DNA of 52,329 nucleotides from Bacteroidia bacterium (GTDB lineage Bacteria; Bacteroidota; Bacteroidia; Flavobacteriales; Flavobacteriaceae): NCBI GenBank assembly GCA_030431085.1, contig JAUIJW010000001.1, positions 1 to 52,329 of the forward strand, read 5' to 3'. Shown piece by piece: positions 45,390 to 52,329 of this stretch (position 1 is its first letter; each line of letters starts with the position of its first letter). The notes under the pieces were generated by a model. It saw only the letters and a program-made list of their open reading frames with translations, ran no database searches and was not told where the DNA came from. The position numbers and the translations under genes were made by a program.

Positions 45390-46970
45390 GTGAAAAGGTT
45401 AATACTCATTCTAAACATTAGTGTTTTAAGTATTTTTATAATTTCATCATGTAGTTCAGAAGACCTGGTTAATGATCTTGATCATACTTCTGAAGGTAAT
45501 GCTGGTGAAGAAGTTTTTAATTATACATCGCCATCTAAACACAATTTAAACATTATTTATTTCATTCCAAGTGGATCAATTGAACGTGTAAATTCACATA
45601 GAAGGCTTAGTGAAATATTGCTGCAAGGTCAAGAATTTTTTAAGCAAAATATGGTAAACAATGGTTTCGGAGAAAAAACCTTTAGCTTACTTGTAGATCA
45701 GGATAAAAAACGTGTAAAAATACACTATATAAAAGGCAAGTATAGTGAATCCTATTATCCCTACGAAGGAGGTGGCCAAAAAATCATTACAGAGATTAAG
45801 GAATATTATGCTAGTAACCCAGATAGACCAAGTAGTGACCATTATTTGGTAATTACTCCTGTTGAAGATCCCAAAAATAACAATGCTCCTTATTATGGTT
45901 TAGGTAAATTTTGTTTTGCTACAGATTATGATGATATGGATATTAGGTTTCTAGGAGGAAGTAACAATTTAAGTACAACTGCAACCACCTATATTGGTGG
46001 TTTATTACACGAGCTGGGTCATGGGTTAAATTTACCTCACAATAAAGAAAAAGTTTCAGAACATAACAAATCTAAAACGGCCTTGATGGGATCTGGAAAC
46101 TATACATATGGTGCTACACCAACCTTTTTAACAAAGGCTAGCTGTGCAATTTTAAATAACAATCAACTTTTTAATAATTTTAGTAACCCGTTTTATACTG
46201 GAGCAACGGCTAGTGTAGACAATATTCAGGCAAGTTATCAAGATAATGCAATTAAAATTTCAGGCACCATTCATACAGATACAGAGGTAAATTATATTAG
46301 TATCTATCATGACCCGGCAGACGACAATGCCGATTACGATGCTGTATCTTGGGCAGAAGAAGTCACCAATAATACATTTCGCCTAAGCATGCCAATAAGC
46401 GATTTTTATAAAAAAGAAAACACACCTTATACTTTAAGGTTAAAATTAAATCATATTTCTGGTGATATTACCACATTGTCTTATTTCTATAAATTTAAAA
46501 ATGGAATACCAATTATTGATTTTAATGAAAAAGAATATATAAGTAGAGAAAGTTGGGTTATAGAAGCGGTAAGTTCTGAAGAAAGCAGCGGCCAGGAAAC
46601 CACCGGACTTGCCGATGCAATTTTAGATGGCGATAATAATACGTATTGGCATTCTTGCTGGACCGGAGGTTGTTCTAATGCCTCTCATCCGCATACAATT
46701 ACTGTAAATACAGGAAAATCCACAGTTGCAAATGGCTTTGCTTTCGTACAAAGACAGACTCTTTCTAGAGCAATTAAGGATATAGAGATTCTAATTAGTG
46801 AAGACAATGCATCATGGCAAAGTTTAGGAGATTTTGAACTACAAAATGTAAATACCACTCAAAATATTACCTTAAACAATCCAATGTCTTTTAGATATTT
46901 TAAAATAGTTGTAAAATCTGCGCACGATGGCGATAGGTTTGCAGCGTTATCAGAAATTATGTGCTATTAA
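45390..46970 (+). CDS. OgpA-like metzincin O-glycopeptidase lipoprotein with C-terminal F5/8 type C (CBM32-like) domain
   Basis: Lipobox ISSC; HELGHGLNLPH (46008-46040) and Met-turn TALMGSGNYT.G.TPTFLT.ASC, plus LNIIYF, RRLSE.LL, YPYE and DYDAVS. These match my recollection of Akkermansia OgpA. C-terminal discoidin domain from about 46540. Confidence 0.85.
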   Translation: MKRLILILNISVLSIFIISSCSSEDLVNDLDHTSEGNAGEEVFNYTSPSKHNLNIIYFIPSGSIERVNSHRRLSEILLQGQEFFKQNMVNNGFGEKTFSLLVDQDKKRVKIHYIKGKYSESYYPYEGGGQKIITEIKEYYASNPDRPSSDHYLVITPVEDPKNNNAPYYGLGKFCFATDYDDMDIRFLGGSNNLSTTATTYIGGLLHELGHGLNLPHNKEKVSEHNKSKTALMGSGNYTYGATPTFLTKASCAILNNNQLFNNFSNPFYTGATASVDNIQASYQDNAIKISGTIHTDTEVNYISIYHDPADDNADYDAVSWAEEVTNNTFRLSMPISDFYKKENTPYTLRLKLNHISGDITTLSYFYKFKNGIPIIDFNEKEYISRESWVIEAVSSEESSGQETTGLADAILDGDNNTYWHSCWTGGCSNASHPHTITVNTGKSTVANGFAFVQRQTLSRAIKDIEILISEDNASWQSLGDFELQNVNTTQNITLNNPMSFRYFKIVVKSAHDGDRFAALSEIMCY

Positions 46971-47075
46971 GTAGTTCTCTGCTTTAGGCCAACGCTAAAT
47001 AGTGACCTACTTGTATATACTAGGGGATTGTTAAACAATGAAGGATAATAATGTTCTTATTAAAAGAATATTATA

Positions 47076-47105
47076 AAAATAGCGGCACTAACCTGCCGCT
47101 ATTTT
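47076..47105. terminator. Bidirectional terminator closing the PUL
   Basis: AAAATAGCGGCA-ctaacc-TGCCGCTATTTT. Confidence 0.88.
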
Positions 47106-47164
47106 ATGAAATACTTTAAACAGTAGTGAATATACTACTTAAGTTTTAAGCGTATGATTTTTAT

Positions 47165-47578
47165 TTACACACCACCTTTAAGAGCATCTTGCCACTTTTG
47201 AAGTTCTTCCCATTGACCCTCATCGGCTAGTCTAGCTTGAGCAGACCAAGTTAACGGACGATGTGCCGAATAAGCAGGACCTCCTTCTAGGAGTACTTTT
47301 TGTAGTTCTGCATTAGAGGTTAATGCCAATTGATGATAGTTGTAGATACCATCTTTATTTAAGAGAGCTTCTATTTTCTCTCCAATACCTTCAATTTTGG
47401 TAAGGTCTTCTTTATAGTTATTTGGTTTCTCTTCAGTAGTCTTACTACCACCTGCTAATTGGTGTAACAACCATCCTAAAATTAAACCGAGAATAAAAGC
47501 GGCTAAAAGCCAAAGAAACCATGGCCAAAATAAGTCAGAGCCATCACACGCCGTGGTATTTATTTGTAAAAATTTCAT
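47165..47578 (-). CDS. Membrane-anchored helix-hairpin-helix (DUF4332-like) protein
   Basis: N-terminal TM (WPWFLWLLAAFILGLILGWLL); DLTKIEGIG.KI..LL...GI HhH motif; W..QA.LA..G.W..L..WQ..LKGG. Confidence 0.75.
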   Translation of the reverse strand: MKFLQINTTACDGSDLFWPWFLWLLAAFILGLILGWLLHQLAGGSKTTEEKPNNYKEDLTKIEGIGEKIEALLNKDGIYNYHQLALTSNAELQKVLLEGGPAYSAHRPLTWSAQARLADEGQWEELQKWQDALKGGV

Positions 47579-47594
47579 AATGTATAAAGTTTGT

Positions 47595-48374
47595 TTAGTT
47601 TTTATCTATAATTTTAATTTGTACCCGTCTGTTTTTTCTTTTTCCTTCTGGGGTACTGTTATCAGCCATTGGACTGGATTTTCCTTTAGATTCTACTTGA
47701 ATTTGAGATTCATCAACTCCTAATCCAGTTAAATGCGATTTAAATTCATTGGCCCGTTTTAAACCAAGTTCTATATTGTATTCCTCTGTGCCGTCAGAAT
47801 CTGTATGACCAGTGATGATAATTTTATCAGAAGTGTCTTTTAAAAACTGAGCCAACTCAGCAAAATAACTATCGATATTGGCTTTTTTTACTTCGTGATC
47901 ACTATCATAATGGTAAAACACAATGGTTTCATTCAGGTGTTCAATAACTTCATCATTTCTAGTCACCCATTTAAATCTAGACTCATGCATGAGATTTGTT
48001 TTTGTCTCTTCGCAATCGCCAGCTTTACGAGCATCGATTTCTATCAGGTCCGCACTAAGCTCAGGCTGAAATAGAGCTGCTACTTTTTGAGCTCTTTCTT
48101 TACCAGTATTTTCTGATTCCCCATCAAAATAAGGACCTACAATAAGTAGTTTTTTGCCATCAGTTTTTAGTGCAATAATTTCTGATTTTTTCTCTGCCCA
48201 TAAATCATTTGTAATGGGATCACTTGAAGCGCAATCGAAAATAAGTGGACCGTATTGAACGGCAATAATTTCTTCTTTTTCACAGCAAGCAATATTGCTT
48301 TTATACCAGCCCCAACTAAGCCAGGCCAGTAACAAAAAGAGAAGAAAAATGATAAAAGCTAATATCTTTTTCAT
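47595..48374 (-). CDS. OmpA-family peptidoglycan-binding protein with N-terminal membrane anchor
   Basis: TGHTDSDG..YN..LG..RA, SKG...P...N...GKRKNRRV. Confidence 0.9.
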   Translation of the reverse strand: MKKILAFIIFLLFLLLAWLSWGWYKSNIACCEKEEIIAVQYGPLIFDCASSDPITNDLWAEKKSEIIALKTDGKKLLIVGPYFDGESENTGKERAQKVAALFQPELSADLIEIDARKAGDCEETKTNLMHESRFKWVTRNDEVIEHLNETIVFYHYDSDHEVKKANIDSYFAELAQFLKDTSDKIIITGHTDSDGTEEYNIELGLKRANEFKSHLTGLGVDESQIQVESKGKSSPMADNSTPEGKRKNRRVQIKIIDKN

Positions 48375-48549
48375 TTTAAAAAATTTAAGGTTAATAGTTA
48401 ATTTAGGTTGAAATATAGTAATTTATTGATTAACGACAATATCTACCTATGGCTGTAACTAATAATCGGTTTAATTTTTTATGAAAATATAGTTAAATCA
48501 AATGTCTTTTGATATGGTTCAAACGCCATTTAATAAGCTAGAAACTTAT

Positions 48550-49587
48550 TTAGGGTGCTGGATTTGGTTGTAATTTTTGAATGTCATCAATCTTTTGTAA
48601 GGTTTCTTCGCTTAGGTCAAAGTTGATGCTGCTTATATTTTCTTTTAATTGCTCTAAACTGGTTGCACCTATAATATTGCTGGTTACAAAAGGTCTTTGG
48701 TTTACAAAAGCTAAACTTAATTGTGCTAAGCTCATGTTAAGTTCGTTAGCCAGCTCTAAATATTTTTTAGTTAAAAATTCAGATTGAGGATTATAATATC
48801 GAGAATATTGAGGATAAAGCTTTAATCTTGATCCGTTAGGCATTTGTCCGTTTAAATATTTGCCACTTAACACCCCAAACCCTAAGGGAGAATAAGCAAG
48901 TAAACCCACATTTTCACGATAAGAAACCTCTGCTAAGTTAATTTCATATAAACGGTTTAATAGTGAATATGGGTTTTGTACGGTCTTACAACGCGTAAGC
49001 TGATGTTGAGTACTTTCATTTAAATGTCTCATCACGCCCCAGGATGTTTCATTAGATAGGCCATAGTGCCTAATTTTACCAGCTTTTACTAATTCATCTA
49101 AAGTGTGTACCACTTCGTTAATATTATCTTGCCATGCCTCTTTTTGATTGCCGTTAAAATTTCTTTGTCCAAAGTAATTGGCATTTCTATCTGGCCAGTG
49201 TAATTGATATAAATCTAGGTAGTCTGTTCGTAATCTACTTAAACTCTGTTCTAAGGCTTCGTGAATAACGACTTTTGAAAAGCCTAAATTATCTCTCAAA
49301 TAATTAAAATAAGGATTAGGACCTGTAACTTTGCTCGCAACGACATAGTTATCTCTTTTTTGCTGCTGTAACCACGTTCCAATATATTGTTCTGTTTTTC
49401 CTTGAGTTTCGGCCTTACCTGGTACAGGATACATTTCTGCGGTATCAATAAAGTTAACTCCTTGCTCTGTGGCATAATTAAGTTGCTGATGTGCTTCTGT
49501 TTCGGTGTTTTGTTCACCAAAGGTCATCGTGCCTAAGCAAATTTTACTAACTTTTATGTCTGTATTGGGTAGGCTTGTGTATTTCAT
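48550..49587 (-). CDS. tas: NADP(H)-dependent aldo-keto reductase (Tas family)
   Basis: CLGTMTFGEQN, DTAEMYPVP, DLYQLHWP, GLSNET, QNPYSLLNR, YSPL.FG.LSGKY. Confidence 0.9.
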   Translation of the reverse strand: MKYTSLPNTDIKVSKICLGTMTFGEQNTETEAHQQLNYATEQGVNFIDTAEMYPVPGKAETQGKTEQYIGTWLQQQKRDNYVVASKVTGPNPYFNYLRDNLGFSKVVIHEALEQSLSRLRTDYLDLYQLHWPDRNANYFGQRNFNGNQKEAWQDNINEVVHTLDELVKAGKIRHYGLSNETSWGVMRHLNESTQHQLTRCKTVQNPYSLLNRLYEINLAEVSYRENVGLLAYSPLGFGVLSGKYLNGQMPNGSRLKLYPQYSRYYNPQSEFLTKKYLELANELNMSLAQLSLAFVNQRPFVTSNIIGATSLEQLKENISSINFDLSEETLQKIDDIQKLQPNPAP

Positions 49588-49646
49588 AAAGGTGTTTCTT
49601 TCGATTAATTAAGGTAAAGAGAAGAATAAAGTTTTGGTATTATTCT

Positions 49647-49675
49647 AAAAAAAGAGTCCCGCCAAAGCGGGAATC
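49647..49675 (-). terminator. Intrinsic terminator after pgk
   Basis: Minus strand TCCCGC-tttg-GCGGGA followed by CTC and a T7 run. Confidence 0.82.
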
Positions 49676-49683
49676 CTTACAGA

Positions 49684-50871
49684 TTATTTTAAAATTGCTT
49701 CAATGCCCGGTAAAGATTTTCCTTCGAGCATTTCTAACATAGCGCCTCCTCCTGTTGAGATATAGCTCATTTTATCGGCCAAGCCAAATTGCTTTACAGC
49801 GGCTACAGAATCCCCTCCACCTACTAGTGAAAATGCGCCATCAGCCGTGGCCTCTGCAATAGCGTTACCTAACTCTATGGTGCCTTTAGCGAATTTTTCC
49901 ATTTCAAATACACCCACAGGGCCATTCCATAAAATAGTTTTAGAATCAGCAATAACAAAGGAGAATCCTACATTGGTTTTTGGTCCAGCGTCTAAACCTT
50001 GCCATCCATCAGGAATATCATTGGCTGGAAAAATTTGGGTATTAGCACTTTCACTAAAAGCATCAGCAGCGATCACATCGATTGGTAAATGGATGCGTGT
50101 ATTTTTTTGTTTGGCTAAGTTTAAAATATCTTGTGCCACCTGTAATTTATCGTCTTCTACAATAGAATCTCCAATTTTACCACCTTTAACCTTAATAAAG
50201 GTGTAGGCCATACCACCACCAATAATAATATTGTCCACTTTATCCATGATATTTTCAATCACATCAATTTTAGAAGACACCTTAGCCCCGCCAATAACAG
50301 CAGTTACAGGTTTTTCATTATCATTTAATACTTTATTCAAGCTTTCAATTTCTTGAGCCAAAAGCAATCCGAAACACTTATTCTCTGGAAAAAATTGAGC
50401 TACGATAGTAGTTGAGGCATGTGCTCTGTGAGCCGAGCCAAAGGCGTCGTTTACATAAATATCACCTAACTTAGAAAGTTTTTCTGCAAAATCAACATCT
50501 CCCGCTTTTTCTTCGGCATGGAATCTCAGATTTTCTAATAATAAAACTTCACCATTTTGAAGTTCGGCAGCGGCTTTTTCAACATCATCACCAATACAAT
50601 TGTTTACGAATTTTACTTGAACTCCTATGGCGTCGCTAACTGCGGCAACGATATGATTTAATGAAAATTCATCTTGAACTCCTTTTGGGCGACCTAAATG
50701 AGACATTAAAATAGCACTGCCCCCATCTTCTAATATTTTTAAAATGGTTGGTTTGGCGGCTAAAATTCTAGTATTATCTGTAATGTTAAATTCTTCATCT
50801 AACGGAACATTAAAGTCTACCCTAATTAATGCTTTTTTATTTTCGAAATTGAAGTCGTTGATAGTTTTCAT
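49684..50871 (-). CDS. pgk: Phosphoglycerate kinase
   Basis: [60 protein letters not shown]. Confidence 0.98.
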   Translation of the reverse strand: MKTINDFNFENKKALIRVDFNVPLDEEFNITDNTRILAAKPTILKILEDGGSAILMSHLGRPKGVQDEFSLNHIVAAVSDAIGVQVKFVNNCIGDDVEKAAAELQNGEVLLLENLRFHAEEKAGDVDFAEKLSKLGDIYVNDAFGSAHRAHASTTIVAQFFPENKCFGLLLAQEIESLNKVLNDNEKPVTAVIGGAKVSSKIDVIENIMDKVDNIIIGGGMAYTFIKVKGGKIGDSIVEDDKLQVAQDILNLAKQKNTRIHLPIDVIAADAFSESANTQIFPANDIPDGWQGLDAGPKTNVGFSFVIADSKTILWNGPVGVFEMEKFAKGTIELGNAIAEATADGAFSLVGGGDSVAAVKQFGLADKMSYISTGGGAMLEMLEGKSLPGIEAILK

Positions 50872-50904
50872 TGATTCTATTTTATTGCGATTTTATGAGG
50901 GAAA

Positions 50905-50912
50905 CAAATATA
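50905..50912 (-). promoter_or_regulatory. -7 promoter element of pgk
   Basis: TATATTTG on the minus strand, 33 nt before the ATG. Confidence 0.55.
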
Positions 50913-51011
50913 GCAATTAATACGCTTATTTGTTAGTAATTTAAAGGACGGTTTTAAACGTTGGTCTTTTTTATAAATTATAAAAAGATGCTTATAAAAG
51001 GATAGGGCAGA

Positions 51012-52328
51012 TTAAAAAGTGATATCTTTTTTGATGACAATGGCATCGTTTAAAACAAAGGGCATGGGCATCATGTTTTGAGTTCTTTGTTTGAATTGGG
51101 GCTTTAAGTTTTTAAGATTTTTATGGGTGAATAAATCGTATGAAGATTCAAAAAATTCAAGATCTGGAGTTTCGTGTTGATCAATTTGAAAAGCTAAACG
51201 AAGTTGTCGATCTCCTTGGGTGAAGTAATAACTTAGTATATGTTTTTGTTGACTAGTATTGAACAACCATTGAGCATGATTTGACCTAAGTGTTTCTCCA
51301 TTAACGGCAAGAGACTTAAAATGTAGGGTGTTTTTACTTTTTAGATCGATGCGGTTCACAGGTCTGTTAGGTATGATTTCAATTTCAATAGTTCTAAGGT
51401 TATCGATAATAGTATCTTTCAAAATTTGAACTGTAGGCCGTGGTAAATTAATGATTTTTGTCTTTTGATGATAAGTAAATCCTGTACTATATTTACTCAT
51501 GCTGGCTTGGCTAAGAAATGTGCCTTTTAAAGGTTTTTCACCCAAAAACTGTTGTGTGAATTCGTCTAATTGATGGTTGTAGGTCGTCCAATACGCTTGA
51601 TTAGTATCAGCATCTAGTACATATAAAATGCTGTTTGGTGCTTTTCTATCGCTATTATATGAGGCCGTAAAAGCAGCAGAAGCTAGGCCTAGAATAAATA
51701 TGAGAAAAAACAATTGAGCCAGCTTTGAAAGATTTTTGTAAGTAGAAAATATAGGTAATAATAAACCTAGAATTAGAATTGTAATTAGTGCACTTACAAA
51801 CAATATTTTTAAACCTAAGCCTACAGGGAAAAGTTGTGCCAATGGAGCAAAAATAAGCAATACGGGAATGTTTAAAGCCGTGTAAAGTATCGTTTTTCGA
51901 TGGCTCAAATTTGGGGCAAACAGCTCGATACTAAAAATAGATAAGGCTATAAATACGGGGAGTATAAAAAAACCTCCACCGGGCACATAGAGCGTTAGAA
52001 AAGCGTTGATGATAAGCCATATGCCAATGGGGGTAATTAATAGATTAATGGCAGTTGTTTTTTTAAATTTTCGGCGATAGATCCAAAAGAAAATACCAAT
52101 GCTTAAGGCGATAAATGCTACGATATAATAATGACCATTATAGGTAAATCCGTGAAGTATATCTCTATAATTGGGATATATATATTGAAGTACTATCCAA
52201 AGAAAGTAGGTAGTAGCGGTGGCGATAATTAATGATAATGAATAGCTTATAGCCCCTAAACCAATACTACGAGCATTTAACAATTTACGTTTAAAACCTA
52301 CAATAAGCAATATAATAAACCATAAACA
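51012..52328 (-). CDS. C-terminal multi-TM part of a membrane protein, probably an M28-family (ERMP1/Pff1-like) peptidase; 5' truncated by window edge
   Basis: Frame is open to the window edge; several TM helices, then PNSILYVLDAD...AYW.TY...LD pattern. The catalytic domain is not in the window. Confidence 0.6.
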   Translation of the reverse strand, partial: CLWFIILLIVGFKRKLLNARSIGLGAISYSLSLIIATATTYFLWIVLQYIYPNYRDILHGFTYNGHYYIVAFIALSIGIFFWIYRRKFKKTTAINLLITPIGIWLIINAFLTLYVPGGGFFILPVFIALSIFSIELFAPNLSHRKTILYTALNIPVLLIFAPLAQLFPVGLGLKILFVSALITILILGLLLPIFSTYKNLSKLAQLFFLIFILGLASAAFTASYNSDRKAPNSILYVLDADTNQAYWTTYNHQLDEFTQQFLGEKPLKGTFLSQASMSKYSTGFTYHQKTKIINLPRPTVQILKDTIIDNLRTIEIEIIPNRPVNRIDLKSKNTLHFKSLAVNGETLRSNHAQWLFNTSQQKHILSYYFTQGDRQLRLAFQIDQHETPDLEFFESSYDLFTHKNLKNLKPQFKQRTQNMMPMPFVLNDAIVIKKDITF

Positions 52329-52329
52329 T

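Noticed and set aside
382-50206. Short ORFs antisense to or out of frame within long genes (e.g. 382-627, 19292-19624, 38858-39211, 43662-44126, 49847-50206)
   Set aside because: Shadow ORFs of well-supported genes with no independent motifs.

Overview
AT-rich chromosomal window from a Bacteroidota genome, most likely a Flavobacteriaceae (SusC/SusD pairs, hybrid two-component system, TAnnTTTG promoters, tmRNA tag GENNYALAA). Housekeeping genes (rpoD 3' end, rpe, recJ, galM, tesB, ssrA, class II RNR, plsC, trpS, tas, pgk) flank several accessory modules. The main feature is a ~22 kb HTCS-associated polysaccharide-utilization-like locus (24852-46970) that looks built for O-GalNAc glycoproteins. 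It encodes an OgpA-like O-glycopeptidase with a CBM32-like domain, a GH109 alpha-GalNAcase, SusC/SusD, a VCBS/ASPIC lipoprotein, a stand-alone CBM32-like lipoprotein and a DUF5077-DUF3472-CBM32 lipoprotein. The same co-directional gene run continues with threonine dehydrogenase, Kbl, a sugar-1-P nucleotidyltransferase and a HexNAc-kinase-like gene, i.e. a route to use both halves of GalNAc-alpha-Thr. Other points: a C10 protease + small lipoprotein pair next to the ssrA 3' end with integrase-arm-like repeats and a long leader hairpin; a PlcP-like phosphoesterase + glycosyltransferase pair; an orphan SusCD with tandem ARG-box-like palindromes; and a hemolysin-III (trhA) gene broken by one in-frame TAA. 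All family calls come from motif recognition by eye; no database searches were run.
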